The position numbers and the translations under genes are program-made. The notes under the pieces were generated by a model. That model ran no database searches. It was not told where the DNA came from and saw only the letters and a list, made by a program, of their open reading frames with translations. Shown here in pieces: positions 11,538 to 25,329 of a DNA stretch of 64,000 bases (positions within the stretch are counted from its first letter, which is position 1; each line of letters opens with the position of its first letter). Source of the DNA: Octopus vulgaris (taxonomy: Eukaryota); contig OX597833.1 of the NCBI GenBank assembly GCA_951406725.2, positions 34,472,001 to 34,536,000 on the forward strand, given 5' to 3'.

Positions 11538-13903
11538 AATCTAAGGTTGTGGTTTAATTAACAATTCATAATGGCAATCTGAATGCCAACAGTATTTGCA
11601 AAGTATATGAAATCCCTAGCCTGCTTCTCCACTCAATAGAATTTAGGACCCATTTTCCACTGGTTAAAATGAGGCTTTTATAGCCTAATGTATCTTTAGT
11701 AAATCAGTAGATTGTTTAATCCCTTTGTTGTCCTGACTGTTTCACACATACTAATTATCATTTTCTGAATATTTTACGTTTTTATTTTGAATATAATATC
11801 AGGATGTTGAGCACCTAGAGCAGCGCTATAAATTGCAAGGTCCTTCTCCCAGCTTTACAATATGAGTCCTCTTTCTCAATATCTTCTGAAACAGTTAAAA
11901 AATTATCAACTAGTAAACAAGAAATCTATGGTTTTACGTTAATGTATATCACTGTGTAAATCAGCAATAAGGCAAACTTTGAAATGTTTTACACCAAATC
12001 ATGTGACTGGTTATATTACAACACAACCCCCTCAGCTCCCCCATTCTGCCCCTAATCTGTCCAGCAGTAAAATCATCTGCTCCCTTTATTATTTAGTTTT
12101 CGTATTTTTAATTGGATTGAAGTTTTTGTCTAAATTGTTTAAAAATATCTATGCCATCCTAGGTGATTGCCTCATTTCCTGGGTGTGAAAATATTGCAGA
12201 GCATAGTCATATAACTTTTAATCAAATAGATTCTCTTCATTTAAATTCTTGCTCGTTTTTCGTTCTTTGAAATTAATTATATCAGAGAAAGTAGAGAGAG
12301 ATCTCCTTGTCTTTTATAGGCATTCCCAAATCTTTTGGTATTTAGCTTAAAATTGTGTTGGTCAAAGCCTGTAAGAAAGATTTAGATTAGAGAATTCTAA
12401 TGGAGTTGCACTCCTAGAGAAGAGTACGGTAAAGCTTTTAGCTAAAAATCTTGACAAGATGAAAGAGGATTAACACACATAATTAGGCAAGGTTGGACAG
12501 TATTCATGACCTCTGCAGGTTTTCGTAAACTGATGCCCAGCCCAAATATCTGCAGGAAAAAAAATGTGGGAGGAAATAGCTGAGGTATCTCGTTTGAATG
12601 CTTGGAATATGCTGGACATGTTTTCATAAGACCTAGAAGCAAGGAACAGCACTTATTTGATGGTGATGTTCATTTATAACTATCAAGGGATGTGGAGACA
12701 AGGACACAGGTGTGTGTGTGTGTGTGCACGCACACACATAAATATGACTTTTCTTTCAGTTTCTGCTTAACAAGTCCACTTATTAAGCTTTTAGTAGCCT
12801 GGGTCTATACAAGACACTTGCCCAAGGTACCATGCAGTGTGAATGAACCTGAAATCATATGATTAGGAAGTGAAACTTTTAACCATACTGTCAAGCCTGC
12901 ACACAAGCACATGTGTGTGAAGCCGTCACATGATGTCATCTTATTGTGAGGCTTTTCATTTATAGTGACTTCACTTGTTCAAAAAGGAGGAAGGTTTTAA
13001 TGTAACATGTATTGAATGTAGTTTTGTACTATTGAGATATCGTTATTGTGATTCGTTTTTGTAGCATGAGATGTCCCAGTGGCACTTGTGTATAGAAGGG
13101 TAAACAGGAATGAATAGTATTATCATCTGCATTGAATTGTTTGTGGTTATTAGTAACATTGGGAAGAATGTTGAAGGCGTAATCAGTTGTTTCTGTATAC
13201 AAAATTTAATGAGCTGGAAAGACTGCCATCAGTACAGGCTTTGATAGAGCAGTGTGATAAGAAACTTTTGATGTAAAAATGAGATGAAAAGTGTCTGCAG
13301 TATAGAATTTAAAATGGAGGGAGTTTAAAACTGTTGAGTTGTGAGGCTTTTGTGTTTGATGAGTTATCTTTCAAGATCATGATGAGTGTGTGGTTTAAAA
13401 GTTATTCTCAAGAATTATATAATTTTCTGTCTTTTCTAGCAAAAGCACAAGGTCTTAAATTTGGGTGAGGTTAGTTGATACCATCAGACCCAATATTTGA
13501 TTGCTACTTTATTTTATCAATCTCAAAAGGGTGTAAAACGAAGTTGACTTCAGAAGGGTTTGAACACAGAATGTAAAGAATCAGAATTAAATACCAAAAG
13601 GCAGATTTTCTGATGCTTCATTATTTTATTTGTATTATTTTGTCCTGTAATTTGAGAAGGAATAGCAGTTGTTGTGTAATCAATAACATAGTTGTCTGGC
13701 AACCTAAGGATACATGATTCAAGAGCTGTTAGTGGGCCTATTGCTTTCTTTCTTTTTATCTGCCTCAAATTGGTGTTTATGAGGTTTCAAATCATTTATT
13801 ACTATTGTTGGAGTTATTGAAGGGAAGTTGCTGAACTGTAATTGCTGAAATTTTTGTTATTATTGTTATTGCACTGTTAATGCTGCTATTATTGTTGTTA
13901 CAG

Positions 13904-14076
13904 TATTTTACCATTTGTGTCCATCCTGACCTAATAATGAGCCATGGAGGGTCGGATGACCCATGTGCTTCAGTTTATGTTGCTTCTATTGGAAAACTAG
14001 GGCCAGATGTCAACAAGGACCATTCAGCAAATATTGGAAGCTTTATCCATGAAACTTTAAAGATTCCAATGGACAG
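13904..14076 (+). CDS. MIF: MIF exon 2
   Basis: Acceptor TTACAG, 173 nt, YFTICVHPDLIMSHGGSDDPCASVYVASIGKLGPDVNKDHSANIGSFIHETLKIPMD(R), donor AG|GTATGT. Confidence 0.96.
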
Positions 14077-14741
14077 GTATGTTTTCTTTGTTATTATTTA
14101 ATCCTTGATTAGCCCTAATCCACCAAATCTATGATCAAATATGTTGTTGTTGAATGAACTTTGCAGGTTGTTATTATTTAATTCTTGATTAGCCCTAATC
14201 CACCAAATCTATGATCAAATATGATGTAAACATGACCATTCAGTCTTTTTCCTTGATGTAGATATCTACTACATTAATGTTAAACAACCTTATTCAGCGA
14301 GTCCACCTTTTAAGATGGTAAAATTTAATTTGAAGAAAATTTGGTTGTTCTTTCTAGTGAGATAACTAACTGTATATAAGCTCTCTCATTGGTATGTTTT
14401 TGTTGTTGATGTGTGAACTGTTCAGATTTTCTCTAACTGTTATACATAAGGTAAATGCTTGTCAGCAAGAAGTTGATTACTTTACTTAGAAGAAAATTCA
14501 AGTAAGGTTCAAGTTGAATGACTCTTACACTCCTACTTCATGGAGTCCAGTAAGAATGTATGATCATGTGCATAATACCAACATGGCCCTCTATTTCTGA
14601 AAGGCTTTTCAGTTTGTTGGCATATCTAGTCAATTGAAGAGCAATAAGATGAAACTGCAATTTGGATAAGCAGTCCCTGTTTCTCAAATAACATAATATA
14701 TACATGTGTGTGTGTGTGTGTAGATATATATAGATAATGGG

Positions 14742-15056
14742 TCAGTGATTAGTGTCAGGCCCACAATCATGAGGTAGTTCGATTCCCAGATCAAGCTGTG
14801 TGTTGCGTTCTTGAGCAAGACACTTTACTTCACAATGCTCCAATTTACTCAGCTATAGAAATGAGTTACAATGTCACTGGTGCCAAGCTGTATTGGGATT
14901 TTCTTTTCCCTTGGATAACATTAGTGGTATGGAGAGGAAAGGCTGGTATACATGGATGACTGCTGGTCTTCCATAAACAACCTTGCTTGGACTTGTACCT
15001 CAGAGGGTGACTTTCTTAGTGCAATCCCATAGGCATTCATGACTGAAGGGGGTCTT
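14742..15056 (+). mobile_element. Degenerate tRNA-derived SINE
   Basis: B-box-like GTTCGATTCCC followed by a TGTGTTGCGTTCTTGAGCAAGACACTTTACTTCAC core-type segment. Confidence 0.6.
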
Positions 15057-15895
15057 TATATACAAATATGAGAAAGAGATATTTACTGTAACAATTGCAC
15101 TCTCTGTTCTAATTTGCTGATTGTGTACCACATACCTGTGATTCATCTGCTAGTCTTCTCTCCTTACCATTATTCTCCAAATCATCATTTTGTCTGAACA
15201 CTCTCTTAGGTCTAATATTTAGAAATATTAGAAACAAGACATTGAATTTGTGTGTAGATGCATGCAATTTGTATATGTGCATGTTTGTGTGCATGTGTAC
15301 ATGCATGCATCTGTGTATGTACAGATCAGTCTTTTCATTGTTTTTGACTTTAATAAATTAGTGAAATTTGTAAACACAATGCCCCAAAACTGAGAGTGGG
15401 GGCACTGATAGCCACATCAACTCTTGTATGAAACTCTGGAAGGGCAAAAGATAAAGTTGACTTTGACAGGATTTGAAATCTGAATGTAAAGCAAGGTAAC
15501 TAAATACTGCAAGCCATTTTCTCTACCATTCCACTAACTCTACCACTGCACTACCCTTATAAACATCATCATCATTTAATGTCTGTTTTCCATGCTGGCA
15601 TGGGTTGGACAGTTTGACAGGAGTTGGAGAGCTGACCAGAATCCAATTGTCTGTTTTGGCATGGTTTCTATAGCTGGATACCCTGCCTAACACCAACCAC
15701 TTTACAGTGTGTTGAGTGCTTTTTATAGTTCACCAACATGGGTGCACTTAAGTAGCACTGGCACCTGCAAGACAAAGACCTCTCAGCTGGGAGGGGGAGT
15801 AGGGGTATGGCCACAAAGGACATGTGTGTATGGATGGCTGCAATTTTACTTAGCTTGATGCGTCTTAAGTAAGATGTCTTATTTTACACTTTTAG

Positions 15896-15959
15896 GTTTT
15901 ACATACAATTCAATGACTTACTTCCTTCTAATGTTGGTTATAACGGTACAACGTTTTAA
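15896..15959 (+). CDS. MIF: MIF exon 3 (terminal)
   Basis: Acceptor CTTTTAG, (R)FYIQFNDLLPSNVGYNGTTF*. Phases join correctly: 108+173+64 = 345 nt = 114 aa plus stop. Confidence 0.95.
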
Positions 15960-16024
15960 AATGTTAGCTGAAGCTTCACACCAAGTCTCAATTTATACAG
16001 AAGAAAACATTAAAGACATGGAAA

Positions 16025-16051
16025 AATAAACAAAGAAAATAGTAAAATAAA
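16025..16051 (+). terminator. Candidate MIF polyadenylation signals
   Basis: AATAAA at 16025-16030 and 16046-16051, followed by a T/GT-rich tract. Confidence 0.5.
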
Positions 16052-16399
16052 AAATATGAATTATTTTTGTTTTTCTTGAATTTTATTTTTTAAGATCTAC
16101 CAATAATAAATTGCCATGTCTTTCCTTTGTTCACAGAACTACATTTTTCCTGAATCCCACCTTCACACTTCCATATATGCGTACTAATCAACATACAAAC
16201 CTCATTGTTTTCTTGTTTCATTGGTTCTTCTGTCGTAAGATCAATTTCTAGTTGTATTCTTACTTTCATGCATTTTCTCTTTTTCTTTTCTGGTGATGCT
16301 AGGTCAGTTTCCATGTAGAGGAATCTTTTTTTTTTTTTTTTTGCTTTGGTGTGTAACATATTCTCTTGATGTATTTGTTAATGTTTTTTTTTTCATATG

Positions 16400-17796
16400 G
16401 TATAGTCACATGAGAGGATTTAATTCAATCATGCCCCCAATCTTTTAATTTTGGCATTGGTTTGTAAGTCTTGTAGTAATATACTCTAACTATTGCATCT
16501 CTCTTCTGCATGATGGTCCATAGTTCAGTGTTGCTTCTGTTGAGACATGGTGTTCTTTTTTGTATCCTTTCTAGTTGATGTCTAATGTTTATGCATGTTG
16601 GTGTTCCCTCCAGGATGCATTTTGTTTCTTTGTTGTTTCTTGAAACCACATTTCATCAGTGTAGATTATTGTTTTGTTGATGCAGCTTCCGAATGTAAAA
16701 TTATATGATGCTTGGCAACACACATTCTTCCACAGTTCATGAGTCCATTCTGTATTGAACACAGTATGTAACTTTTCTAGAATTTCTGACACCCATTATG
16801 TGTAGTCCTTTTTTTTCCTCTTTTTTTGTATGTGACAGATTTCAAATGTGTGTTGTGCAAATTTAGCTGAGTCAATGTTATATTGCAACCATTTGTCCAA
16901 TATGTTTAGTGATGTTTGTACATCCCCAGTATTGGTTGTTTGCATTTGTGAGGAAGAATTCCTTTTTCTCTCTTATTTACTCTCATTTTGGTGTTTAGTT
17001 CCAATGCGAGTTCTTGTTGCTGCACTTTATATGATGGTGCTGAGATTTAGTGTAGATTTGTAAATGCTGTCCTATGTTTCTTTGTATTTTTGTTTATCTG
17101 AAGTTTTTACAAAGTGTTACATATTTTCAGGAGTTTTTTTAATAAAGTTGTATTTCTTACCTTGTACGATGTCTTGGTTTTTTTATTATGTGCTCTTCGT
17201 CACTTTCCTCTTTAAAACATTTTTTTGCGAGTCTGCATCAAGCATGTTTTCCAGGATGACCCAATGTTTTTTGGTGTCTGTGGTGAGGTAATTAGCAAAT
17301 CTGTATGGATTGAATATTTTTTGACATGATAGTTTGTAAGGTTTGTTTCCTCTTTGTTGTAGTAACCTTTTCACCACCATGAAGTTGTAGTTGTTGTTGG
17401 GGTGCTTTCTGTGCCATGTAATAACATAAAAGTGGTATGTTGGAACAGTGTTTAAAGTTTTCAGATGTCATTCCAGTTGCTATTCCTGTATTGATTGTTG
17501 GCATTTTTTGTGGATGGCTGGCGCAAGCATAATTTGATTCAATTTTAATGAAATATGTAGTTTCGAAAGTAAAGTATAATGTTGATTTCTCTTTACTCTT
17601 TTTCTCTTTTACTTGTTTCAGTCATTTGACTGCGGCCAAGCTGGAGCACCGCCTTTAGTCGAGCAAATCGACCCCGGGACTTATTCTTTTTAAGCCCAGT
17701 ACTTATTCCATCGGTCTCTTTTGCCGAACCGCTAAGTGACAGGGACGTAAACACACCAGCATCGGTTGTCAAGCAATACTAGAGGGACAAACATAT

Positions 17797-17827
<31 letters not shown>

Positions 17828-19300
17828 CATACATATATACGACAGGCTTCTTTCAGTTTCCATCTACCAAATCCACTCACAAGGCTTTGGTCGGCCCGAG
17901 GCTATAGCAGAAGACACTTGCCCAAGGTGCCACGCAGCGGGACTGAACCCGGAACCATGTTGTTGGTTAGCAAGCTACTTACCACACAGCCACTCCTGCG
18001 CCTGTTGGTTTTGGTAATAAAGGGCAATTAATAAATTAAATTCTGGTGGGCCCTCTGATGTGTATGCCACATTGTTTATTAGTGTTCTATCTGCTACTGT
18101 GTATATTTCAGATGATTGTACTTGTAGGTCTGTTGTTGTCACTGTGATGTCTTTTCTGAATTCTTGGTAATTGAAAGCTAGATCAGACACTTCTGTCCTG
18201 GCTGAGTCTTGTTTCTTTTGTTCTGACTCTTAGATGATTGCTCTTACAATTTAATATAGCATTGTTGCCATCTGTTCCGTATGTTGGTGCCATGGATACA
18301 TCTAGACATCCATCCAATATAATATCTCTCTCTCTAGCTGATATGGTGTTGAATGCTGGAGGAAAATGTATGGTTAAGTTGTCACGTAAGGTGTTGGTTA
18401 GGGGTTTTCTAAGTAATGACTTGTTGAACCATTTGCGTACATATGTATCCCCTTGTCTAATCTTTTTAACTGAGTTCATCTCTCTCCAATCGTGGAAGTC
18501 TGTGATCAAAGTTGTGCATTCTTGAGTGTCTGCTGTAATTTTGCATTCTGCATTTCTGTTCATTACCATTATTGGTGCTGAATAACTGTATTCATATTTC
18601 GGTAGGAACACGTGTTATGCTGTTGTGGGTTGTATTTCCCTTGTTTGGTATGTGAGATAATTTAAGTAGGTTACCAAACCCAGTGTATTTGAAGGTTTCA
18701 AGGATTGGAATGGCCACTTCGTCATTGTTTTTTGTTTCCTGCTGTAATGTTGTCACTTTTGAAATTCATGCTTCTTATTTTGTGTGAAGTTGCATTTGAT
18801 AGTGATTGTTTGAACTTTATTGGTTAACAAGTAGAGTATGATGTAGTCTTCAGCTTATACTCTTCCCCATCTGAAGTGTCCTGTGTTGTGCATTCCTTTT
18901 TCTCTCCATTTGATATTTTGTGAATTTTTCTTTGGTTGTATTCATGTCACATGATTTGATCATGTTTCTAAACTTTCTGCTGAATTTAAGTATTTGGGTT
19001 TTGCTCCTTTCCATCCATTGTTTTCTCCTCTTCTGCCTCTGAATTTTGTGACTGTTGATTTAAAGCTATTGCAGTATCAGTATTATGTCCAGAGACAGCA
19101 ATATTATTAGTATTGGTTTCTGGTGGTCTGAAGTAGTTATCAAGTCTGAGATAGTGCTTAACAGTGATTTCTCCTGTTGCAAGTATGCCAGTTGGACTGG
19201 TCTGTATAGCACTTTTGATGAATTTTTTGTTTTGTTTGCCTCCTGAGTATCTATGTCTGTGGGCATAATTCAAGTAGTGTTCTTTTGCAATTAGATCATG
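16400..19300 (-). mobile_element. Highly decayed retroelement, possibly Penelope-like; its distal part is also duplicated at about 1-940
   Basis: About 3 kb with strong strand bias and a chain of broken minus-strand ORFs. Fragments such as CINKTIIYT, RSNTELWTIMQK and TGIATG loosely resemble GIY-YIG and RT motifs. The family call is weak. Confidence 0.35.
17590..18004 (-). mobile_element. Well-preserved tRNA-derived SINE (family 1)
   Basis: Minus strand has A-box-like TGGCTGTGTGG, B-box-like GGTTCAGTCCC, an internal (TA/CA)n and a tail ending GACTGAAACAAGTAAAAGAG. CpGs are retained. Related copies at about 39880-40160, 41244-41582, 50605-51006, 52158-52500, 56715-57045 and 60712-61108. Confidence 0.9.
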
Positions 19301-22300
19301 TTCGTTTTGTAGAGGCTCTCATTGGTTGCTACATTGCTGTTAAGATCAAGTTTGATGTGACAAGCCTGTATTAAAAAGTATGCTAAAGACAGACACATAC
19401 CAAATGTTGACAAAGGACAGAAAATGATCTGTTGGTTGTGCTTGCATTCCAACTAATTTCTTGCACATTTTAACTTACAGTATTGATTTGTCATTTAGGT
19501 TTGGAGGTTAATAAATATTTGTCAAATGCACACTACTACTTACCATGGTGTATTCTTTCTCTTCTTCCTCTAATTGAACTGAACCAGTCAGAATATAGGG
19601 CTAATACAAACTATCAACACTGCAACAAGTCAACTAGCCTACTTCTAAGTGTGATTTTACATTTTTTTAATTGCAGTTCTTTGAAATGTTTTCTTTTGAC
19701 AAGGAAGTTTGTAGGAAGCCTTAATTGTTCTATGGAGCAAGAAATTACTGCGTAGATGGTACAAAATATTGCTCTCAGTCAATAGTGACTCTTAGTCATT
19801 ATTGAGAAAGTGCAATAGTTGATTAAGTATTGAACCAGTGTTTGATCTGTAACTAATGATGCTATTGTCAACAAATAGTAATAAGAAAGGTAAAATAATC
19901 ATGTTATCTTCCAACACTATATATATTCCCCCTTCCCATTGAATTTGTCAGGCAGCAGGACACATGAAAGCAAAGTATAGACAACTTGATGATGGAAAGT
20001 ACTGAACTAACAAAAAAAAAATAGTTTAGGTTACTAAGAGAGAACTTTTTCTCTCCTGCCTGGATTTGCTTTTGTTACATATTTACTACAATTTTTGTTT
20101 AGTTGTCTACAAGTCGTTCTTTAACTGTAGTTAGGCTTTTTAAGGTAAGAACAGTTGTATGAGGATGTGTACACACATGAAGGTAGTAATTCCAAATAAA
20201 AGATGTGAACCTTTACAGCCATCCAGAATATGTTAAGGTTACAGTTAAGTCTTATGAAAAAACAAAACAAAAACGTAAGTTTCAAATTTAATTTGATTTT
20301 TATTCATTTTGACAAATAAATATATTGAACAAAGAAATGGCATTGTGTGGAAACAAAGAAAGCATTGAATGTGTTTGTGCATCAACATATATGAAAGATC
20401 ATTCGACATTGTGATTCATTCTATATCAGAAAAGTATGCTCGACTGAATAAGTTGGGTAAGGACAACCAGCTGAAGGGTTTAAATAGCTCATATCCTACC
20501 ATCAGTATTTTGCTGTCCCGAGCCAAGGTAGTTATTTCTTTCCTCAAAAGTTCATTTATAATCATAAGGTCCTAGGTTCAATTTCACTGTATGGCACCTT
20601 GGACAAAAATCTGACTTATTTTCAACTCAATCAAGGCCTTCTGAATGAAACTGAGACAGAAACTATGTGGAAGCCTACCAGATGGACTGCACCTGTAATT
20701 CAGCCTTGTCACACTGATTCTATCAGATTACATTAAAAAAACAAATGTTTATGCAGTCCTCAACCACTTACATTGTAATACAATAAGTAGGCAGTTTCAC
20801 TCACTGATGTTAAAACTGATGCAAAAACCATTAAGTAGGTAACACAAATCTGTTTAGCTGAGCTCTATGATCAGTCCTGTTAAATTGACAAATTAGTTGT
20901 CTTGCAATGCAGAGTTTAATTTTATGAGTGGAAGAAATTACCTGCAAAAGAGCAATATCTTATCCCAAAATATAATTATTCCTCATCCATTTGACACAAG
21001 AGTTAAGCATCGGTAATTTGAAAAGGATTAGCTTGTTAGCATTTATTTGTTCTGAGTCCACTTTAATGATGACTGAATCAGTTTTAAAAAGTCAGTTTTA
21101 TGTACTTTGAAGCCCATAGGAAGAGATAAACTCAGCACTACAAGCTAATAAAATACATTTTACAGAAGTCAGGTGTACCTTACCTTGTGATATCTATCTA
21201 TAGCTCAGTAACTAGACCCATAAGAAAAGTCTGTGTCTCAGACACAACTTATTGCCATGATATGAAATACTGACCCTCTGCAGATAAATTCAACTCTAGC
21301 AACAGAATGAAAATCATGAACGTAGATATATTTATTGTGTACTGTCATTTTCCCTTCCCCATTAACAAAGGATGCTTATTTTCATTAGAAGAGAAAAGTA
21401 AATGTGATTTGATTCTTAGAAGGCTTCAGATTTAAGAGTAGAGGCGAAATGTTTGAGGTGCATATCTTCCTCAAGGATAACAGGAAAAATGGACTGAAAC
21501 CAGGCCACTGATTCAATTTGTTAGAAGTGAACCCGTTCTATATTATTCCTTCAGAAGAAATTAATAAAAAATCTCCTATAAAGAATTTGTGGGTTTTTAA
21601 CATAATTGTAAATACTGGTTTCTGTTTAATTACTCTCCATCATAGAATATCTTACGAAATTTTTGGAGTGCATTTATATTGCATGTTTGTGAAGGAAGCT
21701 ACAATAATATTTATAAGAGAAAAGTGCCCCAGTATTAGTGTATGTTGGTCTCTTGCTAGATTGAGATGATTAGTTCAATTTGTATGTACACTAAATGGTA
21801 AATTTATAGAAGACATCAATCTTCATTTAGTCTAGAAACCATGTTATGAGGTTCAGCTCTGCAAATTTTGAAGTTACTCATCAATGAATGACTTCAAAAT
21901 TTACTTACAGATGGGGTGTCAACTTTAACAATTTAATTCACAAAATTTGCAGTACGTCTGTTCAGACAGACATGACTTGAACCGGTTAATAATTATGAGT
22001 TTACCAGCAACTAAATGCATATACATTAAAAGACCCCTTTCCCATACTGTAGGACTCAAATTGAACTAAGTGAAAAGATAAAAAGAAACTCATATATGAT
22101 TACTATATGCTGACTACTATTTCTACAAGTGAGAGAACTAATTTAGAGGCTAACTTGCTGGTTCAGCAATATGAATTTAATTTAATTTGTTGATCATAAA
22201 ACAGATAGTTTTGCATAAGTAAACAGCATATAGAAATGATGATTTCTAACATAGGCACAATGCCATACATTTGGGAGGAGTTTGTCAAATCAACCCCAGT

Positions 22301-22963
22301 ACACAACTGGTATTTATTTTATTAACATTACAGGATGACAGATATAGTTGATCTCAGTGAGAATTAAACTGAAAAGGTAAAGTTTTGTATGTAAATATTG
22401 CAACAAATAAAAAATTTACAAGAACAGTTCTCAATAACAGATGTTAAAGTTGATTAACTTCAGCTCAGAACATGGCTGGTACTTTATCTCATTGACATTG
22501 GAAAGAATACAGGCAGAGTTGATGTTGGCAGGATTTGAACTCAGAATGTACAGATCATTAAATAGATACTGTAACAAATTAAAAGCAAACAATAATAGTT
22601 TTCTAAAATATTTGTACAAGAATCTGTGAAATGTCTGAATTTTTAAAGAAAATAATAAAACAAAAAATTTAAATATAATGGACGGTACATATTAGTACAT
22701 AAGAGTAAATAAATAAATGAATGTGTACGCATGAAAAGATATTTTAAATGATCAAATGAAGATTAATGATGTTTGATCTAGTATATTTGTGTTTGTATAC
22801 TTCATAGAACCTAGGGTAGTTATAGTGATGGTAGCACAAGCATTGTTTACATCTTTACCACCACCATCATTATCATTATTTTAATGACCATTTGATATAA
22901 GATATTATACAATTAACAATGATCATAAGAATTAGCAGAGAAAAAAGCCTGTGTGTATGAATT
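18364..22963. repeat. Segmental duplication copy 2 (3' flank of MIF)
   Basis: Colinear near-identity with 1-4604. Confidence 0.97.
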
Positions 22964-25329
22964 CATATGAAGCTAGTGATTCACACCTTTGTTACTCAGA
23001 TTTTCTCACTTGATGCAGTCTTCAGATAAAATGAAAAATAAAATGTTATGTGAATGGTCATATTGAATAAGAAACTCACTAGTGACAAAGTGAAGCAATA
23101 GATTTCTACAAATAAATATACTCTACAATATGTATTCAGTAACCAAAAAATGCATATGTATGTGTGTGTATAGGTTCATTTCTTTAGTGAGGGTCACTGA
23201 GATAGTTAACTTCCTGCAGAATGAGAGAGAAATCTATCAGTTCTTAAAATACTAGTGCTGTTTTTCCACAAGAGAATTCTGATCAAACAGACCAATGATC
23301 AAAGGTGTTCCAGCCATACTATGTCTTTTATTCAGACATATCTATCTTATATATTCGGACATATCTATATATTCAATGTGCCCCTTCTTTTTTATTTAGA
23401 TGGTAAGATGTGATTATAGGGAGAATCAGTGAACTAATCACTTAGAGGCTCCTTCATTATTGCTTGGCCCCAAATTAGGCCTGATTGAGCATATTTAAAA
23501 TCAAAAGCTTTCCAACTACAACCAATCCGTCTTTCTTTTCAGTCATTGTGTATCTTATACTACATTAAGATCTCATCTCTTTTAAGATAGTAGTGTAATT
23601 TACTGTTGTTGTTTTTTATCTGGTGGAGTGACCATAATGAGACTCTTGTTGCCTCATGCTTCAGTGGTGGTAATTGTGATGGGTGGTGTATATGGAAAAG
23701 TAAATGTCGAAATAGAAGAATTCGCCATAAAATATTGGTTTCAAATTTTGGCACAAGGCCAACAAGTTCGGGGAAGAGGGTAAGTCAATTACATCAACCC
23801 CAGTATTCAACTACTTATTTTTATCAACCCTGAAAGAATGAAAGGCAAAGTTGACCTTGGCAGGATTGGAACTCAGAACATGGAGACAGACGAAATACTG
23901 CTAAGCATTTTGCCTGGTGTGCTAAAAATTCTGCCAGCTCAGTTTTAATTAATTTTTTTTAAATGTAGGTGGAGTTCAGGCCCTTCTGGTTCATGTCTCT
24001 AATAAAATACACAAACTATGATGTTTCAATTAATTTTGATAATAATCAAGAATTTCAAGGTTCTGAATAAAATAACTTTGTTGTTATTACACTGGTCTTT
24101 GGTATATAATTTGTATCACCTCTTAATTTAAATAGAAATACTTTAAAATGGACAGTATTATATCACAGAATCAAAAGTATCTCAAATGTGTTGGCATTGA
24201 AAAGATTAAATCAAAAACAAAAAAGAAGAGGAAAATGTTTTTCTTACAAGCTTTCACAGAAACAAATCCATTGTTGACTATTGTCTGAATTTAGTTTTGT
24301 TGTTATTCTTCTTATTTAAATTTAAGAGTTTTTTTTTTTTTGCTATTTTTGTTTACCCAAAATGCCTTACATAATTAATTTGGCCTAAGTTTTAGTGTCA
24401 TTACTCTTACAAAACAGACTGAAATGTGTTCAAAAACAAATTAACAACCTTTCTTTCTTGCACGCATACACACACACACACACACACACTACAATTTAAG
24501 AACATTAGAGAAATAAAAACAACTTTTAAAAAATATTAGGTGATAATGGAAACCTTTAAAATAAGAAATACAGAATTCTGTAAAAATGTTGAGAAGTTAG
24601 AAAAACAAATCAAGTTTTTGCAGTTGAGTTTTCATGTAAGCACAAGTAGGTGGGTGGGTGGATGATGGTGGTAAAAAGTGTAAAACACCATATTAAGTGC
24701 AATGCAATATTTCATATCATCTCTCTGAGTTCTGGGTTCAAATTCTATCTCAGGAAGAGAAAGAGAGAATGTGTGTGTGTGTGTTTGCGTGCGTGCATGT
24801 GCGCACATGATAGTATAAATGCTTCGGAAATACTGAGTCTCAAAGTTTTAAAAGAGAAGAAAGCCACTTCATCAAACTTAGACACAACACTGTCCCCCTC
24901 TTATTCCAACTACAACAACCTCTGCAACTCAATATGTTCTACAAAACCTACAGAATATACCATAAAACTAATTAAGTCAAGTCAATTAAATCTATGTAAG
25001 AATATGTATTTAGCCTTATTCTACAATAATTCTGAAATTACATCTCCACTGTTTATTAGAACTGCACATTCTTTCTGTCTATTGTCAGGGCTTTAAACCC
25101 TCTTTTTCATGCTGAAACTAATTTTCAGCAACACCTAATATAGATCTCATCAGTGAATTGTTGTTCTTTCTTGTTTCAGATTTGTTCTTATAGCATCTAG
25201 TACTAATTTACATAAAACACCTTGATATTTCATTCATTTATATAATTTATATTTTTTTTAAAAATCTCAAAGTGCCATGCTAACATTTCTGATGGTAATT
25301 TTTTAATAATAATTATTATTATTATTTTT

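Noticed and set aside
17930-18004. tRNA-like A and B boxes
   Set aside because: SINE heads attached to a SINE body and tail; no complete cloverleaf.
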